This document shows, piece after piece, positions 48,140 to 64,000 of a DNA stretch of 64,000 nt (position 1 is the first letter of the stretch; each line of letters opens with the position of its first letter). Source of the stretch: the human T2T-CHM13v2.0 reference genome, Homo sapiens. The DNA is taken from NCBI RefSeq assembly GCF_009914755.1, contig NC_060935.1. One strand, 5' to 3'. Under the pieces are notes generated by a model. The model saw nothing but the letters and a program-made list of their open reading frames with translations, was not told the origin of the DNA and made no database searches. The position numbers and the translations under genes are program-made.

Positions 48140-49128
48140 ATGCCTGATGGACGTGGTGCCACTAGGGTCCAAGTTCCCTTTTCATTACAGGACCTTGGGC
48201 AAATAAGAGGGGACCTGGGCAAGTTCTCTGATGACCTGATAGATATATAGAGGCTTTCCAAAACCTAACTCAGGTGTTTGACCTTACTTGGGGTGATGTT
48301 ATGTTGCTCTTAAACTCTTAACTACTACAGAGAAACAGGTAGCCCTGCAGGCAGCAGAAAAATTCAGAGATGAACAACATGTCTTCTATAGCCACTCAAT
48401 AAGGAAAGAAGGTGAGAAACAACCAGCATTCACATACCCAATAGGAAGCGAGGCAGTGCCCCTTGAACAACATAATTCGGACCCCAGTGGTACCTTAGAT
48501 GAGTGGCAAAGAAAACATTTTCAAATGTGCTTATTAGAGGGCCTACAGAGGACCAGAGCCAAGCCTCTTAATTACCCCAAACTCTCCATGATAGATCAAA
48601 AACTAGATGAAAATCCCTCAGCCTTTTTGGAAAGGCTGAGAGAGGCTGTAGTGAAACACACTTCCTTGTCTCCTGTGAGGTATGTTTATACCTCACATAA
48701 ATAATTCAATTGAGGGACAGCTAATTTTGAAAGACAAGTTTATTACTCAGACAGCCCCTGATATCAGAAGGAAGCTAGAGAAACAGGCCATGGGATTAGA
48801 TAGCACCTTACAAAACCTCCTGAAGGTAGCCACCTCGGTCTTTTATAATAGGGACCAGGAGGAGGCCCAGGGGAAGGAGAGGAAACACAAGAAAAAGGCA
48901 GAGACTCTGGTGGCCACTTTGTATAAAACCCAGTATCCCCAAGGTACACCTGCTAGTTGCTACCAATGTGGCAAACTAGGGCACTTCAAAAGGGACTGCC
49001 CAGGCAGCAAGAAGAAGCCACCTCAACCCTGTCCAGTATACAATGGGGACCACTGGAAGGCAGACTGTCCTGGGAAGCATAGGTCACTGAGTCCAGAGCC
49101 AGTCTCACAAATGGTCCAGCAGGACTGA
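48140..49128 (+). pseudogene. Remainder of gag (capsid, nucleocapsid), frameshifted
   Basis: VQVPFSLQDL, MHR-like IDQKLDENPSAFLERL, FITQTAPDIRRKL, zinc knuckle CYQCGKLGHFKRDC plus a degenerate second knuckle; TGA at 49126-28. Confidence 0.92.
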
Positions 49129-51980
49129 TGGGTCCTGGGGCTCAACTCCCTGGCTCCAGTGGCTCAGACTGCTGTTACTACCCGGGAGCACCAGGTGATT
49201 CTGGAGTTCGAAGGGAGGAAGGTAGACTTCTTTCTGGACACTGGAGCCAGGCTTCTGTTTTCCTCTCCAATTCAGGCCTTCGTTCCTCCCATAGCACAAC
49301 CATGATGGGCATCTCAGGAAAGACTTTAACTTGATATTTTTCTCAACCTATTAGTTGCAGTCAGAGGGACCTACTGTTTACACAGGCCTTTTTAGTCATG
49401 CCTGAAAGTCCCACTCCTTTATTAGATAGAGATATTCCAGCACGTATGGGGGCCACCATCCTTATGGCTCCAGGACAAACTCCGCCTCCCCTTAGTGGAA
49501 ACCAGTATTAACCCAGAGGTTTGGGCAACTCAGGGAAGAAGTGGCCGGACTATAACCACTATACCAGTCTGGATCCACCTCAAGGATCCCACTTTTTTTC
49601 CTAACCAGAGACAATACCCCCTGAAGCCAGAAAGTAGAAAAGGGCTAGACGCCAGCATTGATAACCTAAAGGCACAAGGCCTCCTTAGGCCTTGCAGTAG
49701 CCCTTGAAACACCCCAATATTAGGGGTGCAAAAATCCAATGGGGAAGGGAGACTAGTTCAGGACCTCTGCCTTATTCATGAGGCTGTGATTACGATTCAT
49801 CCAGTAGATCCCAGTCCCTATACTTTGCTAACTCAAATACCCAAGGGAACTAAATGGTTCACAGTTCTGGGCCTAAAGGATGCCTTTTTCTGTATACCTT
49901 TATACCCTGACTCCCAATACTTGTTTACCTTTGAAGACCCCTCCAATCAAACCACCCAGTTAACCTGGACTGTACTGCCTCAGGGATTTAGAGATAGCCC
50001 CCACCTATTTGGGCAAGTATTGTCAAGAGATCTCTTCGAATTCTTCCATTCTCAGGTTAAAGTTTTACAATATGTAGATGACATTCTCCTCTGTGCCCCA
50101 ACTGAGGAAGTTTCTTGAGACGGCACTGAGGCTCTCCTTAATTTCCTAGCTGGAAAGGGATATAAGGCTTCAAAATCTAAGGCTCAGCTCTATCGTCTTG
50201 TCAGAAGGGAACAAGAGCACTAGGCGAGGAGAGGATTAATCCCATTTCCTCCCTTCCTCTCCCCAGAACCCTCAAGCAGCTGAGGGATGCTTGGGCATTA
50301 CAGGTTTTTGTAGGTTATAGATACCCAGGTATGATAAAATAGGTTGCCCTTTATATCACCTTATAAAAGAAATTCAAGTGGCTAAAACTCACTTCCTGAC
50401 CTGGGAACCTGAAGGTCAAAAGGCCATTAATCAGTTAAAACAAGCCTTGCTTAAAGCACCAGCCCCCAGTCTTTCTGTAGGGAAGTCCTTTAATCTTTAT
50501 GTATCATAAAGGAAAGGAATGACCCTGGGAGTTTTAATTCAAGTTCAAGGCCCAGCTCAACAGCCAGTAGATTACTTAAGTAGAGAGCTTGACTTGGAGG
50601 CTAAAGGATGGCCAGCTTGCCTCTGAGCAGTTACAGTAGTGGCCCTGCTAGTCCCAGAGGCCACCAAGTTAACCCTGGGGAATAACCTGTTTATGCCTCA
50701 CATAAATAATGTGGCAGGCTTGCTGTCCTCTAAAGCGAGTCTCTGGCTAACAGACAGCTGCCTCCTCAAGTATCAGACTTTGCTGCTAGAGGAATCTGCA
50801 GTCCAGTTAAAAACCTGACCTTGCCTGATCCCAGACACTTTCCTCCCAGAGGAAACTGGAGAAACTGAACATAATTGTGAACAGACTGTAGTACAACCTA
50901 TGCCGCTAGGGAGGATCTCAAAGAAATTCCCCTAGAAAATCCAGACTGGACCCACTTTATGGATGGGAGCTCTTTTGTAGGACAGGGAGTCTGAAAAGTG
51001 GGATATGCAGTAGTCACCCTAAATAACATTGAAAATGTGCCTCTCTCACCAGGCACACACACTCAATCAGTTGAGCTGATCCCTCTCACAAGAGCACTTG
51101 AACTAAGCAAAGGAAAGACAGCTAACATTTATACTGACTCCAAGTGTACCTTTCTAGTTCTCCTTGCCCATGCTGCCATCTGAAAGGAAAGGCACTTCCT
51201 CACCGCTAATGGGTCTTGCATTAAATACCATCAAGACATCAACAGGCTATTATCCTCAGTGTTCCTCCCATGAGAATTAGTGGTCAGACATTGCAGAGGG
51301 CATCAGAAGCGGGTAGATGAAATAGCCAAAGGAAACAGGCTAGCAGACCAAAGAGCTAAGTCAGCAGTAAGAAGGCCCCAAGGTCCCAAAACACTTGAGG
51401 CCCCTCTGATTTGGGAGGGCTACATAAGGGAAATAAAGCCTCAGTATTCCCCTACAGAGATAGAATGGGCCACCTCTCGAGGTATACTTTTCAACCCTCA
51501 GGATGGTTACAATCAGAAGATTGCAAAGTACGCTTGCCAGCCTCCAGCCAATGGAAGATTCTTAAAATCCTCCACTGAGCCTTTCACTTAGGAAAGCATA
51601 AGACATCAGTGCATCCAAAGATTGTTCTCAGGAGAAAATCTACTAAAAATGGTCAAATAGGTTGTTAATACTCGTGAAACCCTCTTAAAAATAATCCCTT
51701 TAACAGATGACTTCTTCCCCACCACAATCAAAGGATGGGAAGTTACTCAGGGGAGGACTGGCAGATAGACTTCACCCATATGCCCAAAATAAATGGCATT
51801 CAATGTCTTTTGGTGTGGGTGCATACCTTCATTAACTGGGTAGAGGCATTCCCATGCCCAACAGAAAAGGCCTCTGAGGTGGTGAGAATACTAATTAGTT
51901 AAATAATTCCTCACTTTGGGCTCCCTAAGTACTTCCAAAACAACAATGGTCCCTCATTTAAAGAAGCCTCTACCCAGTAG
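49129..51980 (+). pseudogene. pro-pol (protease, RT, RNase H, truncated integrase), decayed
   Basis: FLDTGA (49231-48) is in frame with the gag stop (read-through type). LPQGFRDSP, YVDD (50071-82), DGSS, NIYTDSK, HCRGHQ, WQIDFTHMP and WVEAFP follow. Many stops; the integrase C-terminus appears deleted. Confidence 0.93.
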
Positions 51981-54185
<2,205 letters not shown>

Positions 54186-54290
54186 CTGCTGTAACCCCAA
54201 CGACGCCCCCTTCCAGCAGGAAGCAGCCAGGAGTGGTCATCGTCCACTTTCCCCAACAGCAGTTGGGGTCTCCACTCCTGAAGCAGGGAA

Positions 54291-54867
54291 TGAGAAAGGA
54301 GGAAGGAAGAAACCAGTCAGACAGGCAGTTAGGGTGGGTCCTCGGTAAAATTCTTCCAAACAAAAGAACAGCTTGAAAAATCAAACTGCAGGCACAGAGA
54401 AGAGAACTTGTACAGGGAGGCTTGCCTTAGACATGTCCACAGCTGCCTAGGTAAGAAAGACTACACAGGAGACTTGCCCAGAGATGCCCACAATGGAAAA
54501 TTCCATTCCCTGAGACATGCGCAGTAAGGGGAACAAAGCCATATGGAGTAACTCAAGCTAAGGGCCTGCATGCACACTGGGAGGATAGGGTAGAACTACC
54601 AGAAATTCATGCTTTATGCAAATGAGATGCCCAGCACTCATCAATTTCTTACAAAAGCCTCTGTATTCAACTGTGAAATGGCGACACTCTTTTGGGCCCC
54701 CTCTTGGCAGTGGGGAGCTTTCTTTTTTCACTTTTTAAATTTTTGCTCCAACCTCACCTTTGGGGTCCATGCTCCTTAATTTTCTTGGTTATGAGACAAA
54801 GAACTTCAGGTGATACCTTGGGCAATGAGAGACTGCTACATTGTGGTGCATTGGTGAGACTGTAAAA
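54291..54867 (+). mobile_element. 3' LTR (577 bp)
   Basis: TGAGAAAGGAGG...GACTGTAAAA then the CTAT TSD. Roughly 10% diverged from the 5' LTR by eye. The poly(A) hexamer position reads TTTAAA (54734-39). Confidence 0.93.
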
Positions 54868-55734
54868 CTATCAGTTTATTGCTGATAACCCCAACATCAG
54901 CAATGATGCTTATGGAAAAAGAAAACAAACCCTTTATGATCAGCTGGATCCTTTAGTTGTTTGCAAAGATGACTCCAATCCTACACCCTTCCCTGAATCC
55001 ATGTCCATTGCTGTGTAACTTTGTAGTGCCTCTAACTGTGTGACCTCTTTCAGCCAACTTAAGAAGACAGCAGTGAAGGCGTGCCAGTTCCAAGTGTAAG
55101 CCCCAAGAGGTCTTGTGTGTCTTCATTTGCTTCCTCGTGTGCTTCTAATGGTGCTGGGAGAAGAACAGGTCGAGACTAGCCTGCTGGAGGATGAGAGATG
55201 CTGGCTACCACATCCTTGTTGCTCCAGTGGAGGCCAGGCTAGATCAGATGACAGCCACCTGACTCCATGTGAGCAAATCTGAGATCAGCAGAGCTGGCAG
55301 AGCCAACTCTCAAATACTTGGAAAATACTTTTAATATGTAAAACATTTTAAATATTACATTAATATTTAAAATGTTTTTTAAAGCCACTGTTTTATACTG
55401 GCTTTGTTACACAGCATAAGCTAAGTGCTACAACTCCTCAGGAAGCTGAGCTTTGACCAAAAGAAGTGTGGTAGCCACAGAGATGTGTCTGAGACCCCCT
55501 TCGAGAGAGAGCCTGTGTGAGGAGTGCAGTCAGCTGATGGGCTCCAGCTACAGATCTCAGGGATCTGCATCAGTATTCCAGCTGGTGCCATGCTCTCCCC
55601 AGACTGCTTCTGCCACTGACTGAGCAAGGCAGGAGCTCCGTGTTGGGAGCTGATGCTGGAATACTGAACTATATCCCGAGATCTCCAGCTGCTGATCTCG
55701 GGGATCTGGGGTGGCCAAGACTTTCTCAGAGTGT

Positions 55735-56640
<906 letters not shown>

Positions 56641-58841
56641 CTGTAGCCTGAGGCTCATCTTAGTCTTCCCTCATCCCCCCTGCCTTTCCTTCACAGTCAG
56701 CCTGCATGGTGGTCTGAGGCCTTCCCCCCTACAGCCTCTCCCCTTTATCTTTCACGGTAATCACCCCTCATTACTCGTACTTCTAACTCCATCTTGAAAG
56801 CTGCTTCCTGGAAGATCCAAACGGACACAAGGAGGGACTGAAGGATTAGAATGAGGGAAGTAACCCATGCACTGCTTATTTGAGATGGGGAACCGAAGGA
56901 CTTTGGCAGTTCCTACACAGAGACAGATGGCAGAGATGACAAGGTTTCTCAGAGAATGCGTGAGTAACTGGAATGGCTTTTCCTGATGACCCAGACAGCC
57001 TGCTCAAGAGCACACTGTTGCAGCTGCCCTCCTTGGATGGAACTATGGAATGATTTTTATTCTTCTACTTCCCAGGTGAATGGGAAACCAAGGACACAGT
57101 CAGCATTTAACAAAAAGGAATCTGCATCTCAGTCAGAACTGTATTGCATTTGCTTCTCTCTGGATTACCTTGAAGTTACTCCCCTTCCCTCAATAATAAT
57201 GGCATTATGAAAAAAATTGGAATTGATCAAATGAAGTAAAGAGTAAACAGAGGAAAGACTACCCAAAGTCTGTTTTGCTTCAGTTCGGGGCTGATGATCT
57301 GGGGAGGAGGAGGTTGGGACATATTTGTGCTGCAAGGAACAATATTGTTTCATGCAGGGGAGGTGCATGACTAACAAAAGGGTTAACTGGATCCTATAAG
57401 CTATAGACAGCTTCTAGGCAGTGCCAACCTGTGCTGCATACCTGAACATTGTTGCTTCCCCCACGGAAGGTAATAAGCTGTGGAGCTGCACAGGCATTTT
57501 GTATTACTCGTTTCACTCATTGGCCTTGGTGCCTGCCAGAAATTGAGGTCGGGGGAAAGGCAGAAGTTCACACTCCTGGACCCAGTTTGGCCAGTCCAGG
57601 CAGCCTGCTCTTCACATCACTCCAGAGTTGGACCTGCCCAGAGTGGAACTAGAATAGGGTGTGGGTAGCACCTGCTTCCCCTCCCATAGATCAGTGCCCT
57701 AGACGGGTAGCTCTGGCAGAGAGGCTGCCAATAACCCAGAATCCAGCACAACGAAAGGCACTTCTGGCCCAGCTCTGACTAACCCCACTGTTCTTCCTTT
57801 CCCCAGCTTCTTTCAAGCTGGAATCAATCTGTTGTTCTTCGGACCTGAGGTCAACATGACTTTGATGAACGGAATTCATGTCTTCTTGCTAAAGTTATCT
57901 GGACACTTGGTACAACACAGAGTGTCTGATATCTGGGCCTGGGGAGACCTCAGAGGCCCTGGGGAGCCCAGAGACTTGTGGAGTGTCAGGGCAGCTCTCC
58001 TGCTGTGAATGCAAGCTCCCTGGGAAAGTTCTCCCTAGAAAAAGATGTGGGGGAGGAGCTCAGGTGAAGGACAGAGCCTCCTGCCCGTGGAGAGAAAGTG
58101 GGCCCTGGAGAAGCTGAATGAGTCCTCTCCAGCAGAAGGGCCAGAGGTGCACATTAGTGGGGCTCGGGTGGGTCTCATGGTGACATTGGCTGGAGATGCC
58201 AAATCCACAGGCGTTAGGCCTGGGCAGGTTCTAGTGTGCGAGTGGGCTAGTTTTTCTAGACTAGCACACAGGAAGAGGGTGGCCTGGCTTGCCTTCCCTC
58301 TGAAGCTCAGGACTGAGGCCCAGGACATGTCTCACACCATTGATATGAGTTGGGGACAGATGGGTGGCAGATGTGCCCAATCAGGCTGCATTGACACCTG
58401 ACTGGCTGGAAGAAGAGCCTGTAAAGCAAAGAGCCCAGTCTTCCTGTAAGAAGGAAGAAGATGGAGGGCTCATCATGCACGTGGGCCAGAAAAAGTGCCA
58501 GTGAGGTTGTTCTGACTCCATAGGTGTTCTGGACATAATCTAGGCTGTCACAAAACAGCCAAGCCTGCTGCCAGTTTCCAATCTGGGATCTCAGGGAGGC
58601 CCAGGGGCTTGCTGAGTTCCACCTTCCCTCTTTCCCTTGGTTTGGAGACAACTTTCTCCCTGTGGTGAATGTGACACTTAGAACAAGGTGCAGCCCTACT
58701 AAAAGCTGGAGCTTAGGTCACTGGGACTGTGTGCTAGGGGAAAGAGGGGGAGGGAAGAGCAGGGCTGTGGCATTAGACAGACTTTGGCTGAAATCTTGGA
58801 CCTGCCTCCTACTAGCTGTGAGATCTTAGCAAATTACTTCC

Positions 58842-59177
58842 TGCTATAGGCTAAATGTCTGTGTCCCCCTAAAATGCACATGTTAAATCCTAATGCCCCA
58901 GGTGATGGTATTTGGAAGCGGGGCCTTTGGGAGGTGATGAGGGTGGAATCCTCATGAATGGGATTAGTACCCTTATGTAACAAGGCCCCAGAGAGCTCCC
59001 TCACACCTTCCACCATGTAAGATTACAGGGGAAAGACAGGCCCTTCAGCAGACACTGAATCCACTGGCACCTTGATCTTGGACTTCCTAGCCTCCAGACT
59101 GTGAGTAATAAATGTCTATTGTTTATAAGCCACCCAGTCTATGGTATTTTGTTATAGAAGCCTGAATGGTCTAAGAC
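58842..59177 (+). mobile_element. MLT1A-type MaLR solo LTR inserted in a MIR
   Basis: TGCTATAGGCTAAATGTCTGTGTCCCC..AATAAA(59107)..TAAGCCACCCAGTCTATGGTATTTTGTTATAG..CTAAGACA, with MIR-like flanks. Confidence 0.8.
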
Positions 59178-59687
59178 ACCACCCTTTCTGACCCTGTGTC
59201 CTCATCTACAAACTCAAAGAAGAACAGTGCTTCTCTCATAGTCCTGCTGGGCCACAGTGACACATGGTACTTCCCTTCTCCTTTTCAGGGGCCCTGGAGT
59301 TGAGACAGCTCTGCACATAGCGTGTGGATGGGCCAGACTGCTTCCTCTGCTGTCACATGATGACTAAGGGATGCAATCCTGGAGGCAGAATATCACAAAC
59401 AAAATTATCACAGAAGTTCCTGCTGGGCTGAGTAGTGCTCAGGTGAACTTCTTTGTCCAGTTGAGGCCAGTGCCATAGAGAAAGGGTGCCCCCAGATGGA
59501 GGTAGCACCATCAGTGGGCAAGAACACCTTCGCGGAGGAGGGAGGCTTGGTCGAACTGCCTCTCTATGCCTGGAGCTTTCCAGCCCCTCCCTGGGTTATG
59601 CCTTAAGGCTGGGGGTCTCCCTCAGAGTTGGTGGAAAACCTAGGACCAGTGGTCCTGATTTTTCTCTGCTGAAGTAAGTCTTCTCTG

Positions 59688-59706
59688 TGGCCAGCAGGTG
59701 GCGCTA
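59688..59706 (+). promoter_or_regulatory. Near-consensus CTCF site
   Basis: TGGCCAGCAGGTGGCGCTA. Confidence 0.75.
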
Positions 59707-60899
59707 AGCCCTCAGTTCTGTGGGCTTCACACTCACCAGCAGCTTAAGGTCCCTGAGGGGTGGAGGAAGGTTACTCTGGTTTGGGCTCCAAGGATGGTAC
59801 TGCCAGCAGGTCCTTAGTGAGTCTGGCCTTTCTCCTTGGCCTTAATGGCAGCCAAGCTGAGTCGCAAGAGCCAGCCTCCTAGGATCCTGGGCTGACTCTG
59901 AGTAGCTTTCACCCCTTCACCCTCAAAACCAGAAATGGGTCAGCTCTGCAAGGAAGGGAATCAGCGCTGGGGACTGCATGGGTGCTGGGAGAGGGCAGCT
60001 TAGAGCTCAGACCAGCAGCGGCAACTTCCTGGCCCCTTGGCCCTGCCTCTGGAGCCGCCTGAGACAGACCCTCACTGATGCCCTGTCTGCAGGCCTCACA
60101 CTGCAGCAATAACCCTGGCTTTTTGTCCTGTACGCCATCCATCCGTTATTCATTCATTCATTTGTTCATTCATGTAGCACCTACTCCATGTAAGCCAGCC
60201 ACAGTGCTGAGTCACAGTCCCTGACCTCAGGAAGCCATGGACTTGTGGATGGGGAGACAGACCCCTAAACGTAGGCAAAAGGAGAATGCCCACAGCACAG
60301 CAGAGGGAAGGGACCTTCCTTTTCCAGAGAAATCAGGGAAGGTTTCGAGGAGGCATCACTCAGCCTGGATTTTTATGGATTTCAACAGACAGAGATGAGG
60401 CCTGGGCAGTCCAGGCCAAGGGAGTAACATAAGCAAGGTCTGGGAGGTAGGAAGCTCAACATTATGTGTCAGGAGGGATAGGACAGCGAGGTACCTAGGG
60501 AAGTGGGTGGGCAAGTGCAGACTCCTGGCAAGAAAACAGTGGGCCATAAGGCCGGAGAGGCAGTCACAGCCTGAAATGGCTGCTAAGAAGCTAGCCTTGA
60601 CCCAGAGGTGATGGGGAACTACCGAAGGTATTTCATGATGAGGGTGGGGGGTGACCCACGCTTCTAAGACCACCCTGGAGGCTGTGTGGCAGATGGACTA
60701 CAGTGGGTGAGATGGAGACAAGGGGACCAGGTCACAGGCATTGCCACAGCCCCTAAAATCGTGGTCTCAGCTAGGAGGGGACACCGTGTGGAAAGAAAGA
60801 CCTGGCAAAGAAACATGACCAAGGGCAAAATAAAAGCACCGTCTCTCTTTAACACTTGTTTGGCCGTTTCCTCAGCATGTAGCTGATTCAGCAGCAATC

Positions 60900-61130
60900 A
60901 CAATAGTTAACATTTATTGAGCACTTACTGTAGACCAGGCACTTCAGCATTTTACATATTTTTCATTTACTTCCAAAACAATTCTATGAGGTAGGTACTA
61001 TTAGCATCCATGTTATAGAAGAGGCAACTGAGACACAGAGAGGCTAAGTTACTTGACAAAAGTCATACAGCTAGAGCCAGGATTCGAACCCAGGCAGTTG
61101 GCTCGAGAGTTAGTGCTCCAATTACTACAC
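60900..61130. mobile_element. MIR
   Basis: AACATTTATTGAGCACTTACTG..GAGGCAACTGAGACACAGAGAGGCTAAGTTACTTG..GGATTCGAACCCAGG. Confidence 0.85.
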
Positions 61131-61473
61131 TAATGCCTATGACACCTCTATACCTCTCCCTGGGCACTCCAGCCTTCCAGCAGGTCCCTGGGAGTAGAGA
61201 CAGAGCCCAGGGCTGCAAAGCCTGGTGAGTGCCCAAAGGCTGAGTTGGCCAGACAGGCTGACAGGGCTGGGCCACCTGAGACAGGAGAGGGGAAAGTCCC
61301 CCTGAACTGGTGGAAGAGGTGCCAGCCTTCCGTCCCTCCCCTGCCCTCCCCGCTAGGGTCTATGGCGCCTCTTGAAGGGGGTGGCAGCTGCCAGTCCCTG
61401 CCTCCCTTCCCACCAGCATGCTTGCTGCCTCCCCAGCAAGAAAAGCCCAGAGTTTAGGTCATGAGGGGGAGGC

Positions 61474-61479
61474 TTTATT
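61474..61479 (-). terminator. KCNJ11: KCNJ11 poly(A) signal (a distal one at 60913-18 lies in the MIR)
   Basis: TTTATT on + is AATAAA on -, about 1 kb past the stop codon. Confidence 0.7.
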
Positions 61480-62518
61480 GACAACGGAGAAGGCAGAGTT
61501 CTAGGCAAGTTCACACAACACTGCTCCAAGGGTCCAGGCACGGGTCAAACCCGTCAGGACCAAGGGCCTCTTCACCTCAGGGACCTCAGTCCCTCCCACC
61601 ATCCTGAACCTTCCCACACCTTTTCCAGCAACCCAAAGATATCCACCCCCAAGCCACCTTCTGGACAAAGTGAGTGGCAGCCACTGTTGTGGAGCCAGGA
61701 CCAGAGTTGGGTCTGAGGCCTAATCATGTGTGGTGGGCACAGTACCCCCTCTCCTCAGCCTCTGGGGACAGGCAGGAGGTAGGCAGGGGCAGCAGCCCCA
61801 GCCCACAGAGCCCTCACTGCACGAGGCCGATGTGGCAAAAGGCAGGAGCCCTGGCATCTCCTCCTCCCTGTGCCTGAGCGGGGCTCTACAAAGCCGAGCC
61901 TCCTCAGGTCACCTTCCCCTGCTTCCTCCCCTTCCAGACCTGAAACTGGCCCTCGGAGGGGAGCCCTGTCAGCCCCAGGCTGTCCCTGCCGGTGTAGGCT
62001 CCACAGCACCAACCCTCCAGCGGGAACACCCTCTCTCATCAACTGCCCTCCCTGCTGGCCAGGCCCAGCCCTTAGCCAGGTGCTTTTTCAGGGACCAAGT
62101 AGAGCTGGGGCCTGACCACAGGCACTTCTTGGAGCCACAGACGCAAAGCAGCAGCCCTCGGGGATTGTTCTTCCCCAGCCACCGGCCCAGAGTGTGGCTG
62201 GTCAATCGTGGGGACCCAGGACTGGCTGGACGCACAGCTCTAGGGCCCAGTACCTCCCACAGCCTCTGCAGCCTTGGGCGGGGGAGAGGGGTGAGCCAGT
62301 CCTGAATTGGGTTGGGAGGAGCAGGGACAAAAATAACCCAGTACAGGTTCCTGCTGAGGCCAGAAATAGCATAGTGACAAGTGCCTTGTAACACCCTGGA
62401 TGAGCAGCAGGGGGAGGCTGAGCTGAGGCTGGCCCAGCCTCACACCAGGCCCTGGCTGGGCTACATACCACATGGTCCGTGTGTACACACGCGTGTGGGG
62501 GGCCCGAGAGACCATGGC

Positions 62519-63757
<1,239 letters not shown>

Positions 63758-63899
63758 TCACTGCAGAGTCCTCTCGGTGGGCACCTTCTCACCCTGGGGC
63801 TGCACTCAGCCTGTGCTGGCCTCACTTCTGAGATAACTCCCCACCAGACTCTTCCTTACCTCCACCTGGGTCCCACTTCACTTCTTAATACCAGCCTCA

Positions 63900-64000
63900 G
63901 GCCGGGCGCGGTGGCTCACGCCTGTAATCCCAGTACGTTGGGAGGCTGAGGAGGGCAGATCACTAGGTCAGGAGTTCGAGACCAGCCTGACCAACATGGT
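63900..64000 (+). mobile_element. Alu left arm in the KCNJ11 5' region (runs off the window)
   Basis: GGCCGGGCGCGGTGGCTCACGCCTGTAATCCCAG. Confidence 0.93.

Noticed and set aside
54872-55018. Alternative empty-site frame CYQFIAD..TLYDQL..SIAV* with a tempting tyrosine motif
   Set aside because: It needs a phase-2 upstream donor, but exon 4 ends in phase 0 and I found no bridging exon.

Overview
Human DNA, recognisable as chr11p15.1. In order: the last three coding exons of NUCB2 (+), a repeat-rich spacer with a 5'-truncated L1PA and a MER4-type solo LTR, the complete five-exon NCR3LG1/B7-H6 gene (+, 454 aa), and the intronless KCNJ11/Kir6.2 CDS (-, E23/I337 haplotype). The dominant structure is a 9.4-kb class I (ERV1) provirus at 45469-54867 with two LTRs, a CTAT target-site duplication, a tRNA-Gly primer-binding site and decayed gag-pro-pol-env. 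Its gag 5' part is the last coding exon of B7-H6, which is known. Less obvious, and read from the sequence: the provirus landed 7 nt inside what looks like the ancestral terminal exon (empty-site tail KK-VLSVYC*). At least three other in-frame cytoplasmic tails can also be built from exon 4, and only the intronic 5' LTR keeps its poly(A) signal. This suggests an ERV-built tail switch for an NK-cell ligand. Smaller observations include overlapping uORFs at both NCR3LG1 and KCNJ11, templated insertions, perfect hairpins, CTCF motifs and candidate distal NUCB2 exons. Exon and LTR boundaries were counted by hand. Repeat boundaries and subfamily names are approximate.
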